A DNA stretch of 64,000 nt, taken from assembly GCA_963700995.1 (NCBI GenBank), contig CAVOZP010000006.1:136006-200005 (forward strand). Direction: 5' to 3'. Made by a program: the position numbers and the translations under genes. A model generated the notes under the pieces. That model had not been told where the DNA came from, did not search any database, and worked only from the letters and a program-made list of their open reading frames with translations. Shown piece by piece: positions 30,691-40,936 of this stretch. The stretch comes from an uncultured Acidimicrobiales bacterium. Its GTDB lineage: Bacteria; Actinomycetota; Acidimicrobiia; Acidimicrobiales; JAHEJN01. Each line of letters starts with the position of its first letter. Positions within the stretch are counted from its first letter, which is position 1.

Positions 30691-32649
30691 ATGGCGACAC
30701 GCAAGCTCTGGGAGCCGACGGTGGCCGCGGTCGACAGCTCGGCCATGACGTCGTTCATGGCCCACGTTCGCGAGCGGCACGGCGCTCCCGTCGACGACTT
30801 CTCGTCGCTGCACCGGTGGTCGGTGGAGCACCTCGGTGAGTTCTGGGCCGAGGCGTGGGACTTCTTCGGCGTGATCGGGCAACGAGGTGACCGAGCCTTC
30901 GAGCCCGGGGCCGACCTCATCGATGCCCGCTTCTTCCCCGATGCCCGCCTCAACGTGGCTGAGAACCTGATGCGCCGCAACGACGACACGAGCGCCATCG
31001 TCTTCCGGGGTGAATCGGGAATCGCCCGGGACATGACATGGGCGGAACTGCACCGCCAAGTGTCGACCATGCAACAGGCGATGCGGGCCCACGGCGTGAC
31101 ATCGGGCGATCGGGTGGCGGCGTGGCTGCCGAACGTCCCCGAGACCTACGTGGTGATGCTCGCGACGGCGAGCCTCGGAGCGGTGTTCTCGTCGTGTTCA
31201 CCCGACTTCGGCGTCGGCGGCGTGCTCGATCGCTTCGGACAGATCGAGCCGGTGCTCCTGTTTGCCACAGATGCCTACGCCTACGGTGGCAAACGCCACG
31301 ACTGCCTCGACCGCCTCGCCGACATTCGTGCCGGTCTGCCCACGGTGACCAAAACGGTCCTGGTGCCCTACCTCACCGCAGAGGTACCAGAGGCGGCCCT
31401 CGGCGACGGCGTCACCAGCCTGGCCGAGTTCGTGGGTGCCTTCGCACCTGCGCCGGTGACCTTCGAGCGATTCTCTTTCGATCATCCCTGGTACGTACTG
31501 TTCTCGTCGGGCACCACGGGTCCGCCCAAGTGCATCGTGCATCGGGCCGGCGGCGTGCTGGTCAAGCATCTGAGCGAGTACCGGCTGCACTGCGATGTGC
31601 GACCGGGGGAGCGGGTCTTCTACTTCACGACGGCCGGATGGATGATGTGGAACTGGCTGGCGTCGGCTCTGGCCAGCGAGGCCACCGTCGTCCTGTACGA
31701 CGGGTCGCCGTTCGAGCCCGACGGCAACAGACTCTTCGACCTCGTCGACGACACCGGCATCTGCCTGTTCGGCATCTCGGCCAAGTTCATCGACGGCGTG
31801 GCCAAGGCGGGGCTCGAGCCCATGCGAACCCACGATCTCTCGTCGATGCGACTGATGTGCTCGACTGGATCGACCCTGTTGCCCGAGAGCTTCGAGTTCA
31901 TCCACCGGTCGATCAAGACCGATCTGCACGTGGCGTCGATGAGTGGTGGCACCGACCTGTGCGGCTGTCTCGTGACCGGTGATCCCACCAGCCCGGTCTA
32001 CGTTGGCGAGATCCAACGGCCGACCCTCGGACTCGACATCGACGTGGTCGACGACGCCGGGGCATCGTGCAAGCCGGGTGTTGCCGGCGAGCTCGTGTGT
32101 CGCACGCCGTTCCCGTCGATGCCGCTGCGGTTCTGGGGCGACGACGACGACCGCCGCTACCGGGCGGCCTATTTCGACGAGTTCGAGGGTATGTGGCACC
32201 AGGGAGACTTCGCCGAGTGGACCGAACACGGCGGCGTGGTCATGCACGGTCGTTCCGATGCCACGCTCAACCCCGGTGGCGTCCGCATCGGAACCGCCGA
32301 GATCTACCGCCAGGTCGAGCAGCTCCACGACGTGCTCGAAGCGGTTGTGATCGGCCAACAGCACGACGGCGACACGCGGGTCGTGCTGTTCGTGGTGTTG
32401 CGTGAGCCGGGCACACTCGACGACGACCTGCGCGAGCGCATTCGCACGCAGGTGCGCCGTGGCGCGTCACCGCGGCATGTTCCTGCGGTGATCGCCGAAG
32501 TGCCCGAGCTGCCCAAGACTCGCAGCGGCAAGGTCGTCGAGCTGGCGGTGCGCGACACGGTGCACGGCCGCGCCATCAAGAACGGGCATGCCCTGGCCAA
32601 CGCCGAGGCTCTCGACGCCTTCCGCAACCACCCGGCGCTCTCGTCGTGA
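30691..32649 (+). CDS. Acetoacetate--CoA ligase
   Basis: FSSGTTGPPKCIVH, WMMWNW, SGGTD, GRSDATLNPGGVRIGTAEIY, TRSGKVVE. Confidence 0.92.
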   Translation: MATRKLWEPTVAAVDSSAMTSFMAHVRERHGAPVDDFSSLHRWSVEHLGEFWAEAWDFFGVIGQRGDRAFEPGADLIDARFFPDARLNVAENLMRRNDDTSAIVFRGESGIARDMTWAELHRQVSTMQQAMRAHGVTSGDRVAAWLPNVPETYVVMLATASLGAVFSSCSPDFGVGGVLDRFGQIEPVLLFATDAYAYGGKRHDCLDRLADIRAGLPTVTKTVLVPYLTAEVPEAALGDGVTSLAEFVGAFAPAPVTFERFSFDHPWYVLFSSGTTGPPKCIVHRAGGVLVKHLSEYRLHCDVRPGERVFYFTTAGWMMWNWLASALASEATVVLYDGSPFEPDGNRLFDLVDDTGICLFGISAKFIDGVAKAGLEPMRTHDLSSMRLMCSTGSTLLPESFEFIHRSIKTDLHVASMSGGTDLCGCLVTGDPTSPVYVGEIQRPTLGLDIDVVDDAGASCKPGVAGELVCRTPFPSMPLRFWGDDDDRRYRAAYFDEFEGMWHQGDFAEWTEHGGVVMHGRSDATLNPGGVRIGTAEIYRQVEQLHDVLEAVVIGQQHDGDTRVVLFVVLREPGTLDDDLRERIRTQVRRGASPRHVPAVIAEVPELPKTRSGKVVELAVRDTVHGRAIKNGHALANAEALDAFRNHPALSS

Positions 32650-32662
32650 CGAGTCGACGCCG

Positions 32663-34108
32663 TCAGGTGCCCAGGCCGCGGGCGGCGGCGTAGGCGGCGC
32701 GGATCGCTGCGGCGTCGGCCGCGGGCGACGGGTGAACGACCGTGGCCGTCGAGTTGAGATTCCAGCGGCCGATGACCGCGTCGATGGTCGATCCCTCCAC
32801 AACGGCGGCGGCCTGAACGGCGGCGCCAGTGGCGACGGCCTCGTTCACGTCGGGGATGGTGATCGATCGACCCGACAGGTCGGCGAAGGCCTGTCGGTAG
32901 GAAGGCGACTGCGCGCCGCCGCCGATCAGCAGCAGGTTGCCGTCGAGGCTCGCTCCCGCTGCGCCCAGGGCGTCGAGGCCGTCGAGCAGCCCGCAGGCCA
33001 CTCCTTCGAAGGAGGCCCGGGCGAGCTGTTCGCGGGTCACGTCGCTGCGGAACCCCGTGAGGAGCCCGGTCGCATCGGGGCGGTTGGGCGTCCGCTCGCC
33101 GTCGAGGTACGGAATCAGCACCACACCGTCGGCGCCGGCGGGCGCCTGTGCGGCCAGCTCGCCGAGCACACCGAGATCGACACCGAGGAGCCGGGCCATG
33201 GCGTCGGTGACCTTGGTGGCGTTGAGCGTGCAGACGAGCGGAAGGAACTGGCCGTCGGCCGAGGCAAACCCGGCGACGGCCCCGGTGGGATCGGCGGTCG
33301 GTGTGGCCGAAACGCCGTAGACCGTGCCCGAGGTGCCGAGGGAAATGGCAACATCGCCCGAGCGCAGGCCCAGCCCGAGGGCGGCCGCCATGTTGTCGCC
33401 GGTGCCGGGCCCGACGACACACCCGGCTGGTAGGCCGAGCTCGGCCGCCGCGGCGGCAGTCAGTGCTCCGGCCGCCTCGGTGGGTTCGAGCACCCGGGGA
33501 AGCCTTGCCTCCCACTCGTACTCGGAGTCGACCACCGCGAGTGAGCGGGTGTCGTACCGTTCGGCGATCGGTGACCACCAGCCGGTTCCGGACGCGTCGC
33601 CCCGATCGGTGACGTGGTGTCCGGTGAGGCGCAGGGTCAGCCAGTCGTGGGGCAGGGCCACCCGCTCGAGACGAGTGAATGCGTCAGGGTGGGTCCGCTT
33701 GAGCCACGCCAGCTTGGTGACGGTGAACGCTGCGACCGGCACGCTGCCCCACGTGTCGGCCCACACCTGCGCGCCGAGGGCCGCGACCAGCTGTTCTGCG
33801 TCGGGTGCCGACTCGGTGTCGTTCCACAGCTTGGCCGGATGCAGCACCTCGTCGTCGGGGCCGAGCGCCACCATCCCGTGCTGTTGTCCGGCAACGGCCA
33901 GAGCCACGACGTCTTGGGTGTAGGTGCCCAGGGTATTGATGGCCTCGTGCAGGGCCCTCCACCATGCGGCTGGGTCCTGCTCGCTCCGGGGCGGAGTGGT
34001 TGCCGGGTGGCGAGCGGAAGCGGCGGCCACCAGCGCACCGTCGTCGAGTCGACGCAGGACGACGGTGGTCGACTGCGTCGAGGTGTCGATGCCGGCAATG
34101 AGGCTCAT
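32663..34108 (-). CDS. xylB: Xylulokinase (FGGY family)
   Basis: GIDTSTQS, AGQQHG, LWNDT, TDRGDASGT, GTGDN, SLGTSG, GERTP. Confidence 0.9.
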   Translation of the reverse strand: MSLIAGIDTSTQSTTVVLRRLDDGALVAAASARHPATTPPRSEQDPAAWWRALHEAINTLGTYTQDVVALAVAGQQHGMVALGPDDEVLHPAKLWNDTESAPDAEQLVAALGAQVWADTWGSVPVAAFTVTKLAWLKRTHPDAFTRLERVALPHDWLTLRLTGHHVTDRGDASGTGWWSPIAERYDTRSLAVVDSEYEWEARLPRVLEPTEAAGALTAAAAAELGLPAGCVVGPGTGDNMAAALGLGLRSGDVAISLGTSGTVYGVSATPTADPTGAVAGFASADGQFLPLVCTLNATKVTDAMARLLGVDLGVLGELAAQAPAGADGVVLIPYLDGERTPNRPDATGLLTGFRSDVTREQLARASFEGVACGLLDGLDALGAAGASLDGNLLLIGGGAQSPSYRQAFADLSGRSITIPDVNEAVATGAAVQAAAVVEGSTIDAVIGRWNLNSTATVVHPSPAADAAAIRAAYAAARGLGT

Positions 34109-34224
34109 CGCTGCATTCTTGCCCACGCTCGGGGCACGACACGAACGTCACGAACCGGGCCCAGGTGAGTCCCTCAGACCCCGGGGTACGATGTCGACGA
34201 CGGCAGGCTTCGGCCCGCCGCCAC

Positions 34225-34299
34225 GCGTCGGTGCCCGAGCGGCCCAAGGGAACGGCCTGCAAAGCCGTAAAGTCGCGGGTTCAAATCCCGCCCGGCGCT
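34225..34299 (+). tRNA. tRNA-Cys (GCA)
   Basis: Acceptor GCGTCGG/CCGGCGC, U73, anticodon arm ACGGC-CTGCAAA-GCCGT, T-loop GGTTCAAATCC. Confidence 0.92.
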
Positions 34300-34338
34300 C
34301 CCTCACCTGTGGTCTCGCGCTCGGCTAGTGTGCGAGGT

Positions 34339-35904
34339 ATGAGTGACACCTCGCAGGGCGCCGGATGGTGGATGGCGTCAGACGGCAAGTGGTATCCGCC
34401 TGAGCTCTACCCGACGGATTGGGCGCCACCGGCCGCCCCGGAGCCATCGGCTGACCACCAGGAGCAGTCTGTCGCGGAACCCGATTCGGACCAGCCCAGC
34501 CACGAGTCGTCAGCCGACGAGCCGGTCGTCGAGGTCGCGGCCGAGGAGATCGTCGCTGAGCTTCCCGACGTCGAGCTCCCGGCGGTCGAGGAGATCGTGG
34601 CCGAGCTTCCCGACGTCGAGGTGGTCGAAGCAGCCGCAGTGGCGGGCATCCCCGATGTCGCGGCCGTCGACGAGGCCGGATTGGTTGATTTGTCCGAGGC
34701 GGCGGTGCCCGAGCACGTTGCGCCCGAGGGTTTGCATGACTTGCCCGGGGCGGCGGTGCCCGAGTCTGGCGATGTGGCCGAGGCTGCTGTGCCTCCGGGG
34801 CTGGCTGATTTGCCCGAGGCGGCGGTGCCCGAGCATGGGGATGTGCCTGACTACGTTGCGCCTGAGGGTTTGCACGATTTGCCCGGGGCGGTGGTGCCCG
34901 AGTCTGGCGATGTGGCCGAGGCTGCTGTGCCTCCGGGGCTGGCTGCTTTGCCCGAGGCGGCGGTGCCCGAGCATGGGGATGTGCCTGACTACGTTGCGCC
35001 TGAGGGTTTGCACGATTTGCCCGGGGCGGTGGTGCCCGAGTCTGGCGATGTGGCCGAGGCTGCTGTGCCTCCGGGGCTGGCTGCTTTGCCCGAGCCTTCC
35101 GCGCCGCCACCCTTGACCGATTTGCCCGAGCCCTCCGCCCCGTCGCCCTGGGGCGACGACGCCGACGAGGCGACCGGGTCCGAAACCCAGGAAGCGGCCG
35201 CCACACCACCGCCCGAGCCTCCGGTCGGAGCTCCGGTCGCTCCTCCCGCAGCGCCGGCCATGCCACCCCCCGCCGCGCCACCCGCGTACGCGGCTTCCGC
35301 CGCCACGGGGTACGAGGCCACCCAGGTCGTTCCCGCTGTCGGCGAAACCCAGGCCCAGCAGCAGGTGCCCGACGGTTGGTCGACCGAGGGGCCTCCCATC
35401 GCCCAGAGCGGTCCCGATGTCGTTGCTGCTCCTCCGGCCGAAGCCTCACCGCTCGGCCCGGCCATCGCCGGTGTCGGCGGTGCGGCCATGGTGGTCGGCT
35501 CGCTGCTCGAATGGGCCTCGCCCACAATCGACCCAACGGTCGACATCGAAGGGCAGCTGGCCCGCCTCGGTCTCGTCGGTCAGCTGAACGTCCCCGCTGT
35601 CGGTGCCCTGAGCAGCCAGTCGAACAGCGTCGGCGTGCTGGTCGCCGGGCTCATCGCCCTGTTGCTGTCGTTCCTGCTCTTCGCCAAGATGCGCCACATG
35701 GTCGTCAAGATCGGTCTGATCGTGGTTGGCCTGTTCGGCGCCGGACTGGCCGCCTTCTCCTATCTCGACCTCAGTGACCTCAAGGTCACTGCCGGCGGTC
35801 AAGAGATCGCGGGCATCAGTTTCGACATCGGCATCGGTCTGTGGATTGCGCTCGCCGGCGGCATCGTTGCGGCTGTCGGCGGCCTGCTCTCCAAGACCGA
35901 CTGA
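34339..35904 (+). CDS. Acidic repeat-rich membrane protein with N-terminal GWWxASDGxWYPP motif
   Basis: Trp-rich N-terminal motif, long Pro/Glu/Ala repeats, four C-terminal hydrophobic helices. Confidence 0.75.
   Translation: MSDTSQGAGWWMASDGKWYPPELYPTDWAPPAAPEPSADHQEQSVAEPDSDQPSHESSADEPVVEVAAEEIVAELPDVELPAVEEIVAELPDVEVVEAAAVAGIPDVAAVDEAGLVDLSEAAVPEHVAPEGLHDLPGAAVPESGDVAEAAVPPGLADLPEAAVPEHGDVPDYVAPEGLHDLPGAVVPESGDVAEAAVPPGLAALPEAAVPEHGDVPDYVAPEGLHDLPGAVVPESGDVAEAAVPPGLAALPEPSAPPPLTDLPEPSAPSPWGDDADEATGSETQEAAATPPPEPPVGAPVAPPAAPAMPPPAAPPAYAASAATGYEATQVVPAVGETQAQQQVPDGWSTEGPPIAQSGPDVVAAPPAEASPLGPAIAGVGGAAMVVGSLLEWASPTIDPTVDIEGQLARLGLVGQLNVPAVGALSSQSNSVGVLVAGLIALLLSFLLFAKMRHMVVKIGLIVVGLFGAGLAAFSYLDLSDLKVTAGGQEIAGISFDIGIGLWIALAGGIVAAVGGLLSKTD
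34681..35095 (+). repeat. 138-bp (46 aa) coding tandem repeat, about 3 copies (first is 120 bp)
   Basis: Units start at 34681, 34801, 34939 and (partial) 35077; copies 2 and 3 are nearly identical. Confidence 0.9.
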
Positions 35905-35914
35905 CCCTCGTTCG

Positions 35915-35939
35915 CACGCCGCCTCGACCGGGCGGCGTG
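35915..35939 (+). terminator. GC-rich hairpin, possible terminator
   Basis: CACGCCGCC-7 nt-GGCGGCGTG just after the stop codon; no U tract. Confidence 0.35.
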
Positions 35940-35970
35940 GCGGCAACCAGCTGCTACGCTTCTCGGCCCG

Positions 35971-36047
35971 GGGCCATTAGCTCAGTTGGCTAGAGCACCT
36001 GCATGACGCGCAGGGGGTCGGGGGTTCAAGTCCCTCATGGCCCACCA
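35971..36047 (+). tRNA. tRNA-Val (GAC)
   Basis: Acceptor GGGCCAT/ATGGCCC, encoded ACCA end, anticodon arm CCTGC-ATGACGC-GCAGG, GGTTCAAGTCC. Confidence 0.92.
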
Positions 36048-36161
36048 CATAACCCCAGTTCAGCGACCGATATCCGAAGCGGCGGACCCAAACGACCGGA
36101 CCCGGGGAGCACCCCAGCGAATAGTCGCGCTCCGCTCACGGGTGCCGAGCGTGGCGCGGTG

Positions 36162-37232
36162 TCATGCGGGAGGCGGTGGCACGGGTGTGGGCGGAAACAC
36201 GTCGGGCGGCAACACGCCGGGCGGAAGCGGTTCGGGTGGTACCGGGGTCGGCGGGACGGGTGTAGAGGGCACCGATGGGGGTGGGACGGGTGTGCGTCTC
36301 GGCGGAGCCGGTGGGGGCGGGAGACTCTGGGGGGGTGATGCCGGAGGAGGGGTCGGAGCTGGCTCTGGAGTTGACGTGGGCCCATCGACAGCGGTCGCAG
36401 TGGTGCGGAAGATTGTGCAGCGTTCGGTGCTGGTCCGGCCATCGGGGTGGGTGGCGCGGATGGTGATGGTGTTGGTCCCCTGGTTCAGCTCGACGGTGGC
36501 GGACCAGCGGCCGTCGGCGTCGACGGTCACCGGGTCTCCATCGACGGTGACCGCTGCGTCGCCCTCGACAGTCCCGGTCGCATCGACGGTGGCCGACGCC
36601 GACTCGACCATCTCGCAGTTGCGCGGGGAGATGACGACGAGGTCCAAACCCTCGACCTCGGGTTCTGGGGTCTGAGTCGGCTCTGGGATCGGTCGTGTAC
36701 AGATGTCGGCGGTGCGGTCGTTGAGGCAGTAGGCGGCCTCGGCCTCGTCGCGCTCGTTCAATGCTTGCTCCAGCCACTGCTGATCGGTCTGGCCGCTCGT
36801 CCTGTCGACCACATCTGTCCTGTAGGTGACGACGATCGTGCTGAGGGGTTGGAGCCGAAGGTCGAAGGCCACCACGGGATCGGGATCGATCACCTCGTCG
36901 GGTGGGACGCTGAAGTCGAGATCGTCGACGTGACGGGCGACGGACTTGGGGATCACCTCGACGTGGCGCACGCTGATGGATTCGAAGCCTTCATTCACGA
37001 TGGTCACGCTGCCCTCGAAGTCGGTTCCCTGGATCTCCCAGTTGCGGTCGACGAGGGGCGCCGACGATGAATCGAGGACGTCTGCAACGAAATCGGTTCT
37101 GCTGTCGTCACCGAGTGAGACGACCCACCAGATGCACAGGACGAGCCCGATCAACGAGACCAGTAACACCGTCGCGCCGAAGGCAACGGTGTTGTCGACA
37201 ACCGTGACGTCGTCGCTGGAGTGGTCGACCAT
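36162..37232 (-). CDS. Membrane-anchored protein with Ig-like domain and Pro-rich tail
   Basis: N-terminal TM helix; VTVDG...DGRWSATVELNQGTNTITIRAT Ig-like pattern; GGGAGG RBS. Confidence 0.7.
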   Translation of the reverse strand: MVDHSSDDVTVVDNTVAFGATVLLVSLIGLVLCIWWVVSLGDDSRTDFVADVLDSSSAPLVDRNWEIQGTDFEGSVTIVNEGFESISVRHVEVIPKSVARHVDDLDFSVPPDEVIDPDPVVAFDLRLQPLSTIVVTYRTDVVDRTSGQTDQQWLEQALNERDEAEAAYCLNDRTADICTRPIPEPTQTPEPEVEGLDLVVISPRNCEMVESASATVDATGTVEGDAAVTVDGDPVTVDADGRWSATVELNQGTNTITIRATHPDGRTSTERCTIFRTTATAVDGPTSTPEPAPTPPPASPPQSLPPPPAPPRRTPVPPPSVPSTPVPPTPVPPEPLPPGVLPPDVFPPTPVPPPPA

Positions 37233-37315
37233 CGTGCCTCCCGACCTACGGGCTCACCGAATCCGACAAAGGGATCGTTGTAGTCGGGCCCTGGGTTGGC
37301 CAGAGCCGACCGCCA

Positions 37316-38649
37316 TCAATTGGATTCGATGCGGCGGACGGCAAAGGTCTCGACGCCGTCGTTGTTCCAGTCGCCGACCAGCAGTTCGTCGGTGGGCTTG
37401 CCGTAGCCGATCACGGTCTGGGCTGGCCCCGGCTGGAAGTCGTTGCGGATGAAGATCAGATTGCCCCGTCGCACACCGAAGGTATCGATGCCGTCGCGGT
37501 TCCAGTCACCCACCAGGACTTCGTCGCCGGCTCGGCCAAAGCCGAACACCACATCAGCAGGACCAGAGGTGGTGGAGTTGCGCACAAAGAAGGTGTTGCC
37601 GCGGCGCACCGCGAAGGTGTCCTTGTTGTCGCCGTCCCAGTCACCCACGAACACTTCGTCGCCGACCTTGCCGTAGCCCAACACGATGTCGGCGACGCCG
37701 GTGGTAGGGGCGTTGCGTACGTAGAAGACATTGCCGCGGCGTACCGCGAAGGTGTCTTGGCGGTTCCCGTTCCAGTCCCCGATGTAGATGTCGTCGCCCG
37801 GTTTACCGTAGGCCGCGCCGCCCTGGAGGTTCCCGCGTTCGTCCACCAGGATGAACAGGTTGCGGAACCGCGACGCGAAGCCGGTGTGGCCGTCGCCCGT
37901 CCAGTCACCGGACACCACCGGCGCATCGGCCGCACCGAACACGAAGCTGTACTCGGCAGGACCCGACACGATCTGGTTCGACACGTAGATGCGTGAAAGC
38001 GGCGACCGGACCGGCGGGGTGCCGACGACGGTGTAGCCGACAGCGACGGTCGTGGTGTTCGCATCGTTGTCGGTGGCGGTGACCGAGAAGGTCTTCGGCC
38101 CGAGGGTCGCGGTGTCGATCGCCGAACCAACCGGCACGTCGCCGACGCATGACGCGATACCGGATCCGCCGGGGTCACTGCAGGTGTAGGCGGCGAGCAC
38201 GGTCGCGCCGAGATCGTAGGTGCTGGCCGAGGGCGTGGTGATCGTGACGGTAGGCGCACCGACGTCGATGACGGTGTAGTTGTGGGTGACGGTGGTGTTG
38301 TTGCCGGCGACGTCGGTGGCGGTGACCGAGAAGGACTTCTGCCGCGTGTGGAGGTGACGATCGCGGCGCCGACGGGCACGTCGCCGACGCAGGAGTCGAT
38401 GCCGGATCCGCCGGGGTCAGTGCAGGTGTAGATGGCCGGCACGGTGGCCCCTCGGGCGATCGTGGCATCACTCTCGGGGGTCGTGATCGTCACCGTCACG
38501 GACGCGGCGTGGATCGCGTCGTCGGCAGGCAACCCGCCTGTGGCGACTGAGTCGCCGCCCAGTGCGTGGACTGCTGTCGCCCCGTCGCTGACCGCGGCCG
38601 GAATCAGGCTCACGACCATGACGGCAATCGCGAGGAATCGAAGTCTCAA
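37316..38649 (-). CDS. Secreted protein with two Ig-like repeats and FG-GAP-like GDW repeats; frameshift near 38345
   Basis: Signal-like N-terminus; YTCxDPGGSGIxSCVGDVPVG twice; five GDWxGD...AVRRGN repeats. Confidence 0.75.
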
Positions 38650-38741
38650 CAGATACCCACGATCCCACGCGCACCGTTGCGAGCGCCAACTTCGACGGTT
38701 CGGCCGCGATCCGACGTTGTGGCGAGGTGTGCCGATGAGGG

Positions 38742-40046
38742 TCAGGACTCGTCGAGGCTGTCCAGCGCGTCGAGCCTCGTGGTGACGAGCTTCAGGCGAC
38801 GGCGGAGCGCTTCGGTGGACCCGGGAAGCTCCTGGTTCTCGCACTCGTCGATGATGGTGTTCAGAGTCGTGCGCAGGGTGCGCAGCGTCGCCCGATCGTC
38901 GCGGGCGGCGTCGGAGATCTGCTGGAACGCCTCCGTCGCGAAGTCATCGTGACTCGGTGCTGCGATGCGCAGCAGCGCCTTGTCACCTTCGCGACGCTCG
39001 CCACCAGGCAGTTGATGACGCTGGAGCTGCAGAACTACCTGCCCGAGTCGCAGCACGACCTCGCGGGCCGTGTTCGGATCGTTCACACCGGGTGAGAGCG
39101 CTCGCAGTCCGATGTCGGTGAGCCGAACCAGCCCGAAACCGACGTCTTGTTGGAGCGTTCGCTGATCGCCCACGACGATGGCGGCTCGAAGTGCGGCGGC
39201 CGTGTCGCCGTCGAGGTCCGCGGTGTCGACCTCGATGAGCGCCATCCCTGCGAAGACGAAGGTGCCGACCGGATGCCGGATGCGGGTGCGACTTGCTCTC
39301 GGCTGGGCCGAGAGCAAGCCGTCCTCGTCGATGTACTGGATCCAGCCGGGCCGATCGGTCGACACGGGCGAGGCGTTCTCCCACGGCTCGTCGGGTGAAG
39401 CGCCCACCAGCTGTCCCGGTCGTTCCACCTCGAGGCCACTCGGTCGGTCGGCGCCGTACTTGGCGTCTACGAGCGCGCAGGTTTCCTCGGCCAGATCGGT
39501 CAACAACGTGCCGACGGCGAGCCTGCTCGCAGTGCGATCGACACTGAGTACCAACATAACGAGTCCCGTCAGGGTCAACCCCACGGCCACGAGAACCGTC
39601 AGGTTCGGATGCGAGACCGCGTCGCCCTCACCCCCAATTCTGACGGCTCGCAGCGCCAACAGACTGAACGTCGCGGTCCCGAGCGCCACGCCCACCGTTG
39701 CCTGCTGGAACCGGTCGCCCAGGAAGTTGGCGATCGTGCGCGGCGACAGCTGGCCTGCAGCAAGCTGGATGGCGACGAGCGTGAGGGTGAGCACGAGCGT
39801 GACAACGGTGATCATGCCCGTGGCGATGGCGCCCAAGATCACGCGGCCACTCGCCGATGTGGTCTCGTAGCTGTCGGGCAGCCACGCTTGCACGCTGGAC
39901 CGATCGACGCGGATCGTGAGCTCTGACAGCACGACACCAAGAACGAGACACAGCGCGGGGATGGCCACCAAGCTCTGTCGGAGCGACTCGGTGACCGCGG
40001 CAGGTTGCAGCTTGCGGAGCTCGGGAGTGCCGTGTGGCACGGTCAT
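38742..40046 (-). CDS. DUF2254 family predicted membrane protein
   Basis: QLAAGQLSPR, GWIQYID, RTLQQDVGFG...DIGLRALSPGVNDPNTA. Confidence 0.88.
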   Translation of the reverse strand: MTVPHGTPELRKLQPAAVTESLRQSLVAIPALCLVLGVVLSELTIRVDRSSVQAWLPDSYETTSASGRVILGAIATGMITVVTLVLTLTLVAIQLAAGQLSPRTIANFLGDRFQQATVGVALGTATFSLLALRAVRIGGEGDAVSHPNLTVLVAVGLTLTGLVMLVLSVDRTASRLAVGTLLTDLAEETCALVDAKYGADRPSGLEVERPGQLVGASPDEPWENASPVSTDRPGWIQYIDEDGLLSAQPRASRTRIRHPVGTFVFAGMALIEVDTADLDGDTAAALRAAIVVGDQRTLQQDVGFGLVRLTDIGLRALSPGVNDPNTAREVVLRLGQVVLQLQRHQLPGGERREGDKALLRIAAPSHDDFATEAFQQISDAARDDRATLRTLRTTLNTIIDECENQELPGSTEALRRRLKLVTTRLDALDSLDES

Positions 40047-40400
40047 GCGTCGCCTCCTGCTCGTTGTCGCATCGATGCGCACGATAGATGCTGGACGTCA
40101 CCGCCTGGCGAGCGGTTGCCGACTAACCCGCCCCAAGGGCGCGGCGCTCGAGCTCTGCCGGATGTGACCGAGGTCGGTGCCTGCGACGACTCAGTGGACA
40201 GTCGGAATCGATTCGAGCCTCACACGCTCCCGCGCCAGTGGATAGTGTCGCGTGCCTGGCAATGCGAACGCAGCCACAGGCTGCGGAAAGAGGTGATCGC
40301 GATGCACGTGATTGCGACGCGCGAGGCCCAACGGGGCGACGATGGCGTCCATCCTGACACGATCTCGATCTTCGTCGCGGAGTAGGCGCGGCTCGTGGGC

Positions 40401-40862
40401 ATGTCCGAGTCGACACCCAAGGCGCGGCTTCCTCCCCGCTGGTTCATCCGCCTCGCCTGGTTCACTCATCGCCGCGTGTACCGCCTCACCGGTGGTCGCC
40501 TTGGTCTGTGGCGGCCGAAGCGGAAGGGTTGGGGCGCGATGCGCCTCACCACCATCGGGCGCCGGACCGGCCAGGAACGCAGCGTGATGGTCGGCTACTT
40601 CGAGGATGGGCCGAATCTCGTCACCATGGCGATGAACGGCTGGGGCGAGGGCGAGCCCGCGTGGTGGCTGAACCTCCAGGCCCATCCCGAGGTTCACGTC
40701 GACTTGCCCGACGGGCCCCGTCGGGTCACCGGCCGAGCCGCGCTCGGTGAGGAACGGGAGCGTCTGTGGGCCAAGTGGCGAGAGATCGACAAGAACCTCG
40801 ACGCCTACGCCGCCCGCCGCCCCACCGAGACCGCGGTCGTGATTCTCGAACCGCGGTCGTGA
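40401..40862 (+). CDS. Deazaflavin (F420)-dependent nitroreductase family protein
   Basis: YRLTGGRLG, LTTIGRRTGQER, PAWWLNLQAHP. Confidence 0.88.
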   Translation: MSESTPKARLPPRWFIRLAWFTHRRVYRLTGGRLGLWRPKRKGWGAMRLTTIGRRTGQERSVMVGYFEDGPNLVTMAMNGWGEGEPAWWLNLQAHPEVHVDLPDGPRRVTGRAALGEERERLWAKWREIDKNLDAYAARRPTETAVVILEPRS

Positions 40863-40936
40863 CGCTACGGGGTCGACCGGACACGATCGGGCGGCTCGCG
40901 GGACCATCGGCGCCGCCGGCAACGAGGCGTCACCTT

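Noticed and set aside
34225-36047. tRNA-anchored genomic island or prophage
   Set aside because: No integrase, no duplicated tRNA 3' end seen, no phage genes.
37316-37930. Regularly spaced repeats as a CRISPR array or ncRNA
   Set aside because: They are degenerate protein-level GDW/FG-GAP-like repeats within a CDS.
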